This document shows positions 17,044 to 29,569 of a DNA stretch of 43,461 bases, in pieces. The stretch spans positions 1 through 43,461 of the forward strand of contig JAZUKT010000303.1 of NCBI GenBank assembly GCA_045643445.1, read 5' to 3'. How positions within the stretch are numbered: position 1 is the stretch's first letter; every line of letters starts with the position of its first letter. The notes under the pieces were generated by a model that was given only the letters and a program-made list of their open reading frames with translations, ran no database searches and was not told the origin of the DNA. The DNA is from Eubacteriales bacterium. GTDB taxonomy: Bacteria; Bacillota; Clostridia; Oscillospirales; CAG-272. The position numbers and the translations under genes are program-made.

Positions 17044-17928
17044 TCAGCCGTTCGACGAAGCGCGGCACAATTCGAGGAAAGCCAGAGCCGACGCCGAGAG
17101 CTGTTTATCCTTATGGAAGACGATCTTATATTCCCGGCGGAAATCAACGCCTTCCACGAAAATCTCATGCACTTCCCCGCGTTCGATCCGCTCCTTTGCC
17201 ATCCGACGCGGTACGACAGCCGCTCCGAGTCCCGCAGCAGCCGCGTTCATGAGCGCCGCCGTACTGAGGCTTTCCCAGATCGGCTCCGGCAGAGGCAGTG
17301 AGGCTGCGGAGAGCGCCGTTTCAAAAACCTCACGCGTGCCGCTTCCGTGTTCACGCAGAAGAAAATCCATACGGAGAAACTCGTCCGCCGACACGGTCGC
17401 GCCGTTTTCATATTCCGACGCCGACGTGATCACGGAGAGACGGTCTTCCATGTAGTTCTCCGAAATCAGATGCGGATGATGCACGATCCCTTCGATCAGC
17501 GCGAAGTCGAGCGAATTATCGAGCAGCGCGTTCTCCAGCCGGTCGGACCGGTCGATCTTGACGCGCACCGTCGTATCGGGATGCGTCACACGGAACTGCG
17601 ACACCCATTCGGGCATCAGCATGGAACCGATCGAAATACTCGCGCCTGCCCGGATGACGCCGCTCGATTCCCAGTTTCGCACGGTACGTTCCATATCGTC
17701 AAACGTATGCGTGATCGTGCGGCAGTAGTCAAGGAAACGCACGCCCGCTCCGTTCAGGATCAGCCGCCGTCCGATGCGGTCGAAAAAGCGCAAGCCGTAG
17801 TAATTCTCCAGTTCCGAGATCGCTAAGCTGACCGCGGGCTGTGAGAGCGACAGTTCCTCCGCCGTCCGCGTCATATTGCAGTCGTTCCGGCAGAGCGCCT
17901 CAAAAATCCGTATATGTCGTATCGTCAT
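17044..17928 (-). CDS. LysR-family transcriptional regulator
   Basis: N-terminal HTH MTIRHIRIFEALCRNDCNMTRTAEELSLSQPAVSLAISELE plus a LysR substrate-binding domain. Confidence 0.9.
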   Translation of the reverse strand: MTIRHIRIFEALCRNDCNMTRTAEELSLSQPAVSLAISELENYYGLRFFDRIGRRLILNGAGVRFLDYCRTITHTFDDMERTVRNWESSGVIRAGASISIGSMLMPEWVSQFRVTHPDTTVRVKIDRSDRLENALLDNSLDFALIEGIVHHPHLISENYMEDRLSVITSASEYENGATVSADEFLRMDFLLREHGSGTREVFETALSAASLPLPEPIWESLSTAALMNAAAAGLGAAVVPRRMAKERIERGEVHEIFVEGVDFRREYKIVFHKDKQLSASALAFLELCRASSNG

Positions 17929-18087
17929 ATGTGCCTCATAAGGATTTTGTTATGATTTTCATGATTATTATACCATTTTTATCCGAAATTGCAAGTGTTT
18001 TCCATAAAATCGCCCGTGTGTCGGACGCCGAATATTTTTTCGTGATCAGCGCATACTATCATCGAATCCACTGAAAGGAACAGAATC

Positions 18088-18402
18088 ATGAAAAAATTCA
18101 TTTCCCTTATGCTGATCCTCCTGACCGCCGCGCTGATCTTCACGGCCTGCACGTCCGGTGACAAGACGAATACGGACAAGCAGCACAACACGCTCGGCGA
18201 TGACGACGGCGACGGCGTGATCGAGGACAAGGATGACGGCGGCAAAAACGATATGACGCCCGACACCGGCAAGGCAGGCAGAATGACCAACGGCAACGGC
18301 GGTATGACGAACAACGGCGGTGCGGGCCGCGGCTTCTTCGGAGACGGTGCAGTCAATGACGGAATCGACGGCATGGGCGATCTTGCGCCAATCACCCCGT
18401 AA
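18088..18402 (+). CDS. Small Gly/Asp/Asn-rich lipoprotein (hypothetical)
   Basis: MKKFISLMLILLTAALIFTAC carries a lipobox, with RBS GAAAGGA. The mature part is low-complexity (DDDGDGVIEDKDDGGKND...NGNGGMTNNGGAGRG). It is divergent from the LysR gene. Confidence 0.55.
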   Translation: MKKFISLMLILLTAALIFTACTSGDKTNTDKQHNTLGDDDGDGVIEDKDDGGKNDMTPDTGKAGRMTNGNGGMTNNGGAGRGFFGDGAVNDGIDGMGDLAPITP

Positions 18403-18414
18403 CGGAAACAGACA

Positions 18415-18456
18415 AAGAAAAACCGCTGTGGAGGAATCCTTCACAACGGTTTTATT
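18415..18456. terminator. Bidirectional terminator between the small lipoprotein and aldo/keto reductase genes
   Basis: AACCGCTGTG (18421..18430) pairs with CACAACGGTT (18442..18451) with one mismatch. An A-run lies upstream and a T-run downstream. Confidence 0.6.
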
Positions 18457-18467
18457 GTTATGCGGGA

Positions 18468-19334
18468 TCAGCCGTACAGCACGTCGGCCGGCGCGTCATC
18501 CGGGTAGAATCCGCTGTATCCGGTCACGGGCATGGCGTCGAGCTTCGCCATTTCGTCCGCGGTAAGTTCAAAATCGAACACGTTCGTATTGTCAACGATC
18601 CGTTCCGCGTGGACGGATTTCGGAAGCGGCAGGCAGCCGTGCTGGAGTGCGTAACGGATGCAGACGTGCGCGGCGGTCTTTCCGTGGGCAGCAGCGATCT
18701 CATTGACTGTCGGGTCGCCGAGCACCTTGCCGCAGCCGAGCGGGCTCCACGCTTCTACAAGCAGGCCGTTCTTCTCGCAGTAGGCTCTGACTTCGGGCTG
18801 ATTGTAGCCGGGATGTACTTCGATCTGATTGACCATCGGGAAAACGGTGGCGAATTCACGGAGCGCTTCAAGCTGCGTCGGCAGGAAGTTCGATACACCG
18901 ATCGCACGGATCTTGCCGTCCTGATACAGCTTCTCGAAGCCGCGCCAGGTGGAGGCGTGGATCTCTTTCCATTCCGCCGAAATTTTCTCGACAGCCGGCC
19001 AGTGAATCAGGTACAGGTCGAGATAATCGGTGCCGAGGTTCTTGAGCGACTGTTCGCACGCGGCGATCGTCTTTTCGTATCCGCGGTCGCTGATCCAATG
19101 TTTCGTCGTGAGGAAAATGTCCTCGCGCTTAACGCCGGATGCACGGATACCTTCGCCGACGCTGACTTCGTTGCCGTAAGCAGCAGCGGTATCTACGTGA
19201 CGGTAGCCGTTTTCGAGGGCGCATTTCACGCTGTCCCGCGCCACGTCACCGTCCGGCGTCTGCCAGGTGCCTAAACCCACGCAGGGCACCTTCACGCCGT
19301 TTTTGAGCGTATAAAAGTCTGTCAGTTTATTCAT
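18468..19334 (-). CDS. Aldo/keto reductase (2,5-diketo-D-gluconate reductase-like)
   Basis: GLGTWQ, HVDTAAAYGNE, LDLYLIHWP and IAAAHGKTAAHVCIRYALQ are classic AKR motifs. Confidence 0.9.
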   Translation of the reverse strand: MNKLTDFYTLKNGVKVPCVGLGTWQTPDGDVARDSVKCALENGYRHVDTAAAYGNEVSVGEGIRASGVKREDIFLTTKHWISDRGYEKTIAACEQSLKNLGTDYLDLYLIHWPAVEKISAEWKEIHASTWRGFEKLYQDGKIRAIGVSNFLPTQLEALREFATVFPMVNQIEVHPGYNQPEVRAYCEKNGLLVEAWSPLGCGKVLGDPTVNEIAAAHGKTAAHVCIRYALQHGCLPLPKSVHAERIVDNTNVFDFELTADEMAKLDAMPVTGYSGFYPDDAPADVLYG

Positions 19335-19354
19335 GTCTGACCTCCTATAATAAA

Positions 19355-19660
19355 TTACAGTCCCAGTTCGCGGAGCAGCGTTTCCTTCGGCATATAGCCG
19401 CGGGTCACGGCGCGCACAGTCCCTTTATCCATCAGAACGAGCGTCGGAATGCTCGAAATGCCGAACTGCACGGCGAGCGCTTCCTCTTCATCAACGTTGC
19501 ATTTGACGACCACTATATCCGTCCGTTCCGCCGCGATCTCTTCCACGATCGGCGCGATCATCCGGCACGGGCCGCACCACGTCGCCCAGAAGTCGATGAG
19601 CACGGGCTTATCGGATTCGAGTACGCACGTTTCAAAATTATCTTTGGTTAAGGCTGTCAT
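19355..19660 (-). CDS. trxA: Thioredoxin
   Basis: WATWCGPCRMIAP active site, 101 aa. Its start overlaps the stop of the upstream oxidoreductase gene (ATGA). Confidence 0.9.
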   Translation of the reverse strand: MTALTKDNFETCVLESDKPVLIDFWATWCGPCRMIAPIVEEIAAERTDIVVVKCNVDEEEALAVQFGISSIPTLVLMDKGTVRAVTRGYMPKETLLRELGL

Positions 19661-20541
19661 GATTGTTCCTCCGGTTTTATATTGAAGCTGACCTCACGGC
19701 CGTCCTGCTCCATCGAGCGAATGACGGCGTCGATCACATAAACGGGATAGACGACTTCCTCCGGCGTCTGGCGTACGGTATCGTTTTGCAGCATTTCAGC
19801 CACTTCGACGAGTTCCGGCCAGTAATATTCCCCGATCAGCGGAACGTCCTTCCACTCGATCCAGTAGTTGCTCATATAGACGTTCACGCCGTACCCGGCT
19901 CCGAAAAAAGCCGTCACGTCGTAATCGGGATAATGAAAGATCGCGTGGACGCCGTGCGCCGCTTCTTTTGCCGAAAGCGAGGTGATCCGCTGTCCGAATA
20001 CCTCCGTCACAAGCTGGACGAGATGCTGCGAATAGAACCAGAAATTGCCGTAGGGATTCACCATATTGATCGGTGCGGTGATGTGTCCGCCGAGAATATT
20101 TCCGCCGTTTTCGGCGATCACCGACTGCATATATTTCGTGCCGGGCGCTCCCGCAACGGACGAGCCGCCGCAGAGGAGCACGTTTTTCTCCTTCACGAGT
20201 CGGACGAGTTCGGCAGCATCCTCCGCGGACGCCGTGATCGGCTTATCGAGCCAGATTTTACGGCAGCCCGCGTCGATGTACGGCTTCACCAGTCGAAGGT
20301 GATCGCCGCCGTGACGCGCGGTAACCATGACCGCATCGACTTGACCGACGTAAGCAGACGGATCAGTGGATGCATCCGGGCACGCGGTTGAATCAAGAAT
20401 GGCACGGTTTGCTTCTTCACTGCCGATCACACCGATCAGTTCGAGATCCGGCAGGCGGCGCTCGCCCTCCTTCGGGCAGAGGATGGACGCGAAGCCCATG
20501 CAATGCGAGTTTTCGCTGCCGATGATGGCGATCTTATACAC
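19657..20541 (-). CDS. Divergent Gfo/Idh/MocA-like oxidoreductase (GTG start)
   Basis: The N-terminal Rossmann-like MYKIAIIGSENSH... and the ...VMVTARHGGDHLRLVKPYIDAGCRKIWLDKP pattern parallel the family's EKP motif. GGGAGGCGGAG lies upstream of the GTG at 20541. Confidence 0.7.
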   Translation of the reverse strand: MYKIAIIGSENSHCMGFASILCPKEGERRLPDLELIGVIGSEEANRAILDSTACPDASTDPSAYVGQVDAVMVTARHGGDHLRLVKPYIDAGCRKIWLDKPITASAEDAAELVRLVKEKNVLLCGGSSVAGAPGTKYMQSVIAENGGNILGGHITAPINMVNPYGNFWFYSQHLVQLVTEVFGQRITSLSAKEAAHGVHAIFHYPDYDVTAFFGAGYGVNVYMSNYWIEWKDVPLIGEYYWPELVEVAEMLQNDTVRQTPEEVVYPVYVIDAVIRSMEQDGREVSFNIKPEEQS

Positions 20542-20574
20542 GTTCTCCGCCTCCCGATGTCTGTTCTTGACTGT

Positions 20575-20603
20575 ATTATACCATATTCTGAAGATTTTTC
20601 CAA
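20575..20603 (-). promoter_or_regulatory. Putative sigma-A promoter (extended -10) of the oxidoreductase-trxA-AKR operon
   Basis: Minus strand: TTGGAA (20603..20598), 17 nt, TGGTATAAT (-10 at 20580..20575). Confidence 0.55.
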
Positions 20604-20639
20604 GAGATTTATGAAATTCCGGCCGTTTTTTCTTTTGCG

Positions 20640-20675
20640 GCGAAAAGGCCTCCGTCCACGGGCGAACGGAAGCCT
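20640..20675 (-). terminator. Putative terminator after the GH1 gene
   Basis: Minus strand: GGCTTCCGT pairs with ACGGAGGCC (one G-U), followed by TTTTC. Confidence 0.5.
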
Positions 20676-20684
20676 TCGCATGAT

Positions 20685-24031
<3,347 letters not shown>

Positions 24032-24078
24032 TTAGCATACCCCAATGCGGTCATTTTATCCGCAGTCGGCCTGCAATC

Positions 24079-24107
24079 TTGAAATCAGGCCGAACCTATG
24101 CTATAAT
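24079..24107 (+). promoter_or_regulatory. Sigma-A promoter of the GH27-like gene
   Basis: TTGAAA (24079..24084), 17 nt, TATAAT (24102..24107). Confidence 0.6.
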
Positions 24108-24149
24108 GAAACGAACCAACGTAAAGTCAGACGAAACGAGGAATCATTC

Positions 24150-25541
24150 ATGAAAATCGCGAAAAGAACGCCCTTCTCAGGACGACCGATCCTGACCATG
24201 CCAACCGTTCTCGGCGCATCCCCGAACAAGCCGTTTTTCTACCGCATTCCCGTTATCGGCGAGCGTCCGATCACGCTGTCCGTCGAGGGTCTGCCGGAAG
24301 GATTATCCTTCGACGGAACCGTGATCCGCGGTCAGGTGCGGTTCAGCGGCTGCACGAACGTTACGGTTACCGCGCAGAACGCTCTCGGCAAGGCCGTCCG
24401 CACCGTTCGTTTTGAAATATTCCCCGGCAATATCCAGCGCACGCCGCTCATGGGCTTCACGACGTGGAATGCCTTTGATTACAGGGTCACGGAATCGGAC
24501 GTACTCCGCACGGCGGAAGAGCTTGATCGGCTTGGGTTGGCCGATTACGGCTATCAGTACGTCAATCTTGATTCCTCGTGGCAGGGTGAATACGGCGGAT
24601 CCTGCGACGCGATTCAGCCCTGCGAACGCTTCCCGGACATGGCGGGCATGATCAGCAAAATTCACGCGCGCGGTCTGCGTTTCGGCATTTATTCTTCGCC
24701 GTTTCTGAAACCGTGGGGCTGCCCGAAAGACAGAGAATCTCTGCCCGGCTGCACCGTCGGCGACCCGGATCCCGCCTTTCCGCCGCAGAACGGTGGGATC
24801 GGTCTGATCCGCAAGGAAGAAAACAACGTCCGTCAATGGTCGGAATGGGGGATCGATTATCTGAAATACGACTGGATGCCGACCGATCCGATCAACGGAC
24901 AGATCATGCGCGAGGCGCTCAACCGTTCGTCACGGGATATCGCCTTCTGTGTAACCGTTGCGGTCAGCCCGGACGACGGTGACTTCTGGCGGATGACGGC
25001 CAATTCGTTCAGAGGGCACACCGATTCGACGGGAAACTGGAAAAACGTAAAAGAAATTGCGAACTCGTATCTGCCCTGGCAGAAGTTTGCGGGACACGGG
25101 CATTACTATGATCTCGATATGCTCGCCATCGGCAAAATGAACCTGTTTGAATGCACGCTGACGGAAGACGAAATGATTTTCGACTATACGCTCCGCGCCA
25201 TGCTCGGCTCTCCGATTCAGCTGAGCTGTGATCTGACGGCAGCGACGGATTTTGAACTGGATCTCTACATGAATGACGAAGTCATCGCCATCAACCAGGA
25301 CGGCGCGCTCGAGCCTGCCATTCTGAAAGAATCGGACGGCGACTGGCGTATCTATGAAAAGGCGCTTGAGGATGGCGGACGCGCACTCTGCGTCTTCAAC
25401 GGAACGGACGAGGAACGCGCCGTATCCCTGCCGATCGGCGGAAAAGCCGTGCGCGACGTCTGGCTGAAAGAAGATCTCGGCGTTCTTGAAACGGCCGACC
25501 GTGTACTTGCGCCGCACAGCGTATGGCTCCTGCGAGTCTGA
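24150..25541 (+). CDS. GH27-like alpha-galactosidase-family hydrolase with an N-terminal Ig-like module, no signal peptide
   Basis: TPLMGFTTWNAF, YQYVNLDSSWQ and GIDYLKYDW resemble the GH27 motifs (PxMGWNSWN, YLKYDNC). The N-terminal module of about 75 aa contains ITLSVEGLPEGLSFDG. Start at ATG 24150 has a GAGGAA RBS. Confidence 0.7.
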   Translation: MKIAKRTPFSGRPILTMPTVLGASPNKPFFYRIPVIGERPITLSVEGLPEGLSFDGTVIRGQVRFSGCTNVTVTAQNALGKAVRTVRFEIFPGNIQRTPLMGFTTWNAFDYRVTESDVLRTAEELDRLGLADYGYQYVNLDSSWQGEYGGSCDAIQPCERFPDMAGMISKIHARGLRFGIYSSPFLKPWGCPKDRESLPGCTVGDPDPAFPPQNGGIGLIRKEENNVRQWSEWGIDYLKYDWMPTDPINGQIMREALNRSSRDIAFCVTVAVSPDDGDFWRMTANSFRGHTDSTGNWKNVKEIANSYLPWQKFAGHGHYYDLDMLAIGKMNLFECTLTEDEMIFDYTLRAMLGSPIQLSCDLTAATDFELDLYMNDEVIAINQDGALEPAILKESDGDWRIYEKALEDGGRALCVFNGTDEERAVSLPIGGKAVRDVWLKEDLGVLETADRVLAPHSVWLLRV

Positions 25542-25555
25542 ACGACCGGACAGAA

Positions 25556-25602
25556 CAAAAAAACCGCGGAACTGACGAACAGCTTCGCGGTTGTTGTTTT
25601 TT
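25556..25602. terminator. Bidirectional terminator between the convergent GH27-like and GH29 genes
   Basis: AAAAAAACCGCG...CGCGGTTGTTGTTTTTT. The 7-bp stem (25562..25568 / 25586..25592) is flanked by A- and T-runs. Confidence 0.65.
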
Positions 25603-25608
25603 ACGGGA

Positions 25609-26910
25609 TCAGTCGAGGCAGCCCTCAAGCCGGACGCCGTACACGCAGTGCGAACGAATCTCATCCGGGTTGATCGCGCCGAAGCGGAGGACGGTCTTCC
25701 CGTTCGATTCCGCCGTGGCGATTGCGCCGTCATAGCCGAGGAGCGTTGCCTTAACGCCGGGGCGGTACGGTACGTCGTCGAGGACGATGTCTCCGAACGG
25801 ATACTTCATGATAAAGGCGTAGAGCGTCTTATCCTTTTTCGTGTAGCGGATATCGCCGTCAAGTTTGACCTTATACTTTCTCGTGCCGTAGATGCCCTCT
25901 CCGTTCACGTCGAGCCATGCGCCCATCTGGAGCAGGCGTTCCTGCATGATGACGGGGATCCGGCCGTCGCCCGTCGGACCGATGTTGAGAAGCATATTGC
26001 TTCCGCGGCTGACGAGGTCAACGAACATTTTAATGAGTTTTTCTTCGGACATATAGTCCTCGACCGTTTCAAAACGGTTCCAGCCGAACGATCCGCCGAT
26101 GCCGCGGCATTCTTCGCTCGTGCGGTCGGGATCGTGAACGGAATCCGTCTGCGAGTCGATGACGCCGTATTCAGTCGTATAGTTGCCGCCGTGATGACCG
26201 CGCGTTCCAATGCCCCAGCGGTCATTCGGCACGATAAAGTCGCGGACGCTTGACTCGTTATAAAGCCACTGCAGGAATTCGCGGGAATGCCATACCTCAT
26301 CCGGATGGCTCCATTCGCCGTCCGTGAACAGCGTGGCGGGCTGATACTTCTCGATCAGCTCCTTCATCATGGGGATGAGATGCTCTACGGCGAATTTTTC
26401 GGGATTTTCAAGATACAGCGGATGGTACCACTCGTAGATCGAATGATACACGCCGAAGCGAACCTTCGATTTGTCGCAGGCGGCTTTCAGTTCGGCGCAG
26501 AAATCGCGGTGCGGACCGACGTCCACGCTGTTCCAGTTCCAGGCGTAATCGGTCTTATACATACAAAACCCGTCGTGATGCTTCGACACGAGGTTCATAT
26601 ACCGCGCGCCGGCACGCTCAAAGAGATTCACCCATTCGTCCGCGTTGAAGTTCTCCGCGTGAAACTCGCCGACGAAGTCTTCATAACGGAAGTTTTCGCC
26701 GTAGACGCGCTTCATGTAGTCACCGTACTCGGCAAACTGCGGATCACCCGAGCGGACACGGTTCAGAAACCACTCGGAAAACTGATTTTTCTTTGCAAAT
26801 CCCGGGACGGAGTACAGTCCCCAGTGAATGAAAATGCCGAATTTTGCGTCGGTAAACCATTCGGGTACCGGGCGCGAATCAAGAGATTCCCACGTGCTGT
26901 CGTATTTCAT
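25609..26910 (-). CDS. Alpha-L-fucosidase (GH29), cytoplasmic
   Basis: MKYDSTWESLDSRPVPEWFTDAKFGIFIHWGLYSVPGF is the typical GH29 N-terminus. The start is uncertain: in-frame ATGs also lie at 26922, 26934 and 26973. Confidence 0.85.
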   Translation of the reverse strand: MKYDSTWESLDSRPVPEWFTDAKFGIFIHWGLYSVPGFAKKNQFSEWFLNRVRSGDPQFAEYGDYMKRVYGENFRYEDFVGEFHAENFNADEWVNLFERAGARYMNLVSKHHDGFCMYKTDYAWNWNSVDVGPHRDFCAELKAACDKSKVRFGVYHSIYEWYHPLYLENPEKFAVEHLIPMMKELIEKYQPATLFTDGEWSHPDEVWHSREFLQWLYNESSVRDFIVPNDRWGIGTRGHHGGNYTTEYGVIDSQTDSVHDPDRTSEECRGIGGSFGWNRFETVEDYMSEEKLIKMFVDLVSRGSNMLLNIGPTGDGRIPVIMQERLLQMGAWLDVNGEGIYGTRKYKVKLDGDIRYTKKDKTLYAFIMKYPFGDIVLDDVPYRPGVKATLLGYDGAIATAESNGKTVLRFGAINPDEIRSHCVYGVRLEGCLD

Positions 26911-26975
26911 GAGTTGATCCATCCTTTTTATCATGTTAGGATTATTATAACACAGCCGGCGGGATTTTTCCACCG

Positions 26976-29018
26976 TTATTTTGTAATTGTCTCACCGAAA
27001 CCGCGCTCGTAGAGTACCCGGTCGGTAAAGTTGTATTCGTCGTCGAGTCCCGGAATGCTGACCGGGAGTTTGCCGGTGATATCGCATCCGCCGAACACGG
27101 CATACACCGCCGCCGGGATATTCGGGCCGTACGTCGGCGTTTCTCCCTCATACGCGGTCGGAATCGTGTTCATGCCGATCGGATTATAGCAGGCGACAAG
27201 CGCGTCCGCCGCCTGATACCGTGCAAGGTCATATGGCAGCTGGATGCTGATGACTGTAACTGATTTTCCGTATCCGCGCGCAAGCGGAATGAGGGCGTCA
27301 AGGAATTCCGCCTGCCAGCCGCCGGTGAGCTGCGCCGATTTGCCCGTCTCCACGGATGCGACGACGGCGTCGGCTGCGGCGATCGTATCGGCAAACTCAT
27401 CGGGCGTATGGCCGCGGTAGCAGATGATGTCACACGAGGCGGACGACGGGGCTTTTCCTTCCGCCATCAGCCGGTTGACGGCATACTCCGCTGCGGTGAC
27501 TTCATTTTCATAGGAGCAGAAAACGACGACGCGGCTGTCGTTCCGCAGTTCGATCGGAAGTGTATCGTTTTCGTTTTTCACGAGGGTGACGGCTTTTTCG
27601 GCGATCTCCCACTCAAGTTCGTGATGTCCGGCCGATCCGACGGTACCGAGCGCACGGGTTACGGCCGTATCCCGGTCAGGAAGCACCGCGCGTCCGTTCG
27701 TGTCGATCAGTCCGCGCGCCATTTTCAGCCGTACGATGCGGTAGGCGGCCTTCGTGACCGTCTCCTCCGCGATCGCGCCGCTCTCCACCATCCCGGCGAT
27801 CCCGTCGATATAGTCACGGCAGGCGGCAATGCCCGCTTCAGATACAAGATGAACCGGCATCAGCAGGATATCGACGCCCGCGTTGATCGCAAGCCGCGCC
27901 GCATCCAGCGGATCAAAATGAACGGTGATCGCGCCCATATCCAGCGCATCGGTCGTGACGACGCCGTCGTAGCCGAGTTTTTCCCGGAGAACGCCCGTGA
28001 TGATCGTGCGGGAGAGCGTGGCCGGCAGCGTGATCATTTCACCGGTTTGGGCGGACGGCACCGATTCGGTCTCGATCAGCGGATATTGGATATGCGCCGT
28101 CATGATCACGTCGGTTCCCGCTTCGATTGCGGCCCGATACGGGATCAGTTCAAAATTCATGAGTTCGTCGAGCGTTTTATCAATAGACGGAAGGCCGCTG
28201 TGGCTGTCCGTCGCGGTATCGCCGTGTCCCGGAAAATGCTTGAGCGCCGCAGCCGTGCCGCCGTCGTGCAGTCCTTCGAGGAAGGCGCAGCCGAGCGACG
28301 CGGTCAGAGCAGGATCGTCCGAGAAGGAGCGCAGACCGATGATCGGGTTGGCGGGATTATTATTGACGTCCAGAACGGGCGCAAAGTCGAGATTGATACC
28401 GAGCGCCGCAAGCTCTTCTGACATGATTTCAGCCGTCTGCCGGGCAGCAGCGGGATCGCCGACCGCGCCGAGCGCCATATTGCCGCAGAAGGACGTGCCC
28501 GTACCGAGCCGGACGATGGTGCCGCCCTCCTGATCAACGCCGATCAGAAGCGGCAGCCCGCTGAGCGAGCCGTCCGACAAAGCTGCCTCCTGCAAATCAG
28601 CGGTCAGGCTCACAGTCGAGGCGGTGCCGGTCGTGCTCTCCGCAAACAGGATCACGCCGCCGATACCGAGCGTACGGATCGCCTCACGGAGCGGTTCGTT
28701 CAGTTCCGAGATCCCGACGAGCGTGCCCGCTTCATCCTGCCAGACGCCGAGTGCCGGCATGAGCATCTGCCCGATCTTCTGCCGGAGCGTCATCCGTCCG
28801 ACGAGCGCCGCGGCGGCCTCCTCAAGATCGGGTACCGGCGGCTCCGTTTCCGATTCGGTCGTCGTTTCGGTTTCCGATTCTGATTCCGTGATCGTGCCGA
28901 TCGGTGACTCCGTTTCGCCCGGGATCAGCGTTTCCGTTCCAGTCGGCGTCTCCGTTTCCGGCACGCACGCCGTCAGCACGAGGCACGCGAGCAGCAGGCA
29001 TGCTATCCGTTTCATCAT
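26976..29018 (-). CDS. GH3-family glycosidase (beta-N-acetylhexosaminidase-like) lipoprotein
   Basis: MMKRIACLLLACLVLTAC carries a lipobox and is followed by a T/E/S/P-rich linker. GH3 motifs GVILF, IGVDQEGG and KHFPGHGDTATDSH are present, along with a C-terminal alpha/beta domain. Confidence 0.85.
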   Translation of the reverse strand: MMKRIACLLLACLVLTACVPETETPTGTETLIPGETESPIGTITESESETETTTESETEPPVPDLEEAAAALVGRMTLRQKIGQMLMPALGVWQDEAGTLVGISELNEPLREAIRTLGIGGVILFAESTTGTASTVSLTADLQEAALSDGSLSGLPLLIGVDQEGGTIVRLGTGTSFCGNMALGAVGDPAAARQTAEIMSEELAALGINLDFAPVLDVNNNPANPIIGLRSFSDDPALTASLGCAFLEGLHDGGTAAALKHFPGHGDTATDSHSGLPSIDKTLDELMNFELIPYRAAIEAGTDVIMTAHIQYPLIETESVPSAQTGEMITLPATLSRTIITGVLREKLGYDGVVTTDALDMGAITVHFDPLDAARLAINAGVDILLMPVHLVSEAGIAACRDYIDGIAGMVESGAIAEETVTKAAYRIVRLKMARGLIDTNGRAVLPDRDTAVTRALGTVGSAGHHELEWEIAEKAVTLVKNENDTLPIELRNDSRVVVFCSYENEVTAAEYAVNRLMAEGKAPSSASCDIICYRGHTPDEFADTIAAADAVVASVETGKSAQLTGGWQAEFLDALIPLARGYGKSVTVISIQLPYDLARYQAADALVACYNPIGMNTIPTAYEGETPTYGPNIPAAVYAVFGGCDITGKLPVSIPGLDDEYNFTDRVLYERGFGETITK

Positions 29019-29179
29019 TCGTCGTCATCCTTCCGTTATTCGTTCTTTTTCTTCAGTATAACACATTTTTCCCCGTTTTTCAACGACCTCCGCCGCTCTT
29101 TCGGTACATTATCTTGTATAAGCACCGTATGTCGGCCGAATATTGTGTATTTTTATGAGAAATATTTTTGAAAATCCCC

Positions 29180-29208
29180 TTGACAAAGGGCGCGGCATCT
29201 GCTACAAT
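29180..29208 (+). promoter_or_regulatory. Sigma-A promoter driving the T-box leader
   Basis: TTGACA (29180..29185), 17 nt, TACAAT (29203..29208). Confidence 0.7.
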
Positions 29209-29221
29209 ATGCACAACCTAA

Positions 29222-29519
29222 AAGCAATGACCGAAAGCAAGTAACCCGGATCGAGCCGCACAGAGAACTGCCGGACGGTGCAAGGCAGCAGGCAAAACCG
29301 TGTGCGAATACCTTTCGAGAGCCGTGCCTCTGAACGTCCCTCGCGGATCAAGGAAGCAACGGGACCGCCCGTTACAGCGGAAGGACATAATCTCCCCGTG
29401 AGCCGTGTCCGATGAGGTCCTCTTCCGCAAGGATCGGGACGAACAGAGGTGGTACCGTGAATAGCATAACTATTCGCCCTCTTTCCCATACTTCATGATG
29501 GGAGCCGGGCGGTTTTTTT
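29222..29519 (+). promoter_or_regulatory. T-box leader (tRNA-sensing transcription attenuator)
   Basis: Stem I elements:
- K-turn ATGA...GA with base helix CGAAAG/CTTTCG
- S-turn AGTA/GAA
- AGAGA (29262..29266)
- distal loop GGTGCAA (29277..29283)

The T-box core AGAGGTGGTACCGTG lies at 29445..29459. The antiterminator 3' strand CCCTCT overlaps the 5' arm of a terminator that is followed by TTTTTTT. Confidence 0.85.
29475..29519 (+). terminator. T-box terminator hairpin
   Basis: CGCCC/GGGCG and TCCCAT/ATGGGA helices are separated by a small internal loop, followed by GTTTTTTT. Confidence 0.7.
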
Positions 29520-29569
29520 ATGCCCAGACCCCACCGTATCGCCGTATTCCGGCAGAAAGGATTCACGCC

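Noticed and set aside
29305-29317. Alternative T-box specifier readings: CCU (Pro), which would fit a PutP-like symporter, and AAU (Asn)
   Set aside because: CCU would lie inside the CGAAAG/CTTTCG base helix. AAU would displace the S-turn GAA, and the UGGU bulge predicts an A73 tRNA, which is unlike the G73 normally found on tRNA-Asn. UAC (Tyr) is kept as the leading reading and ACC (Thr) as the fallback.
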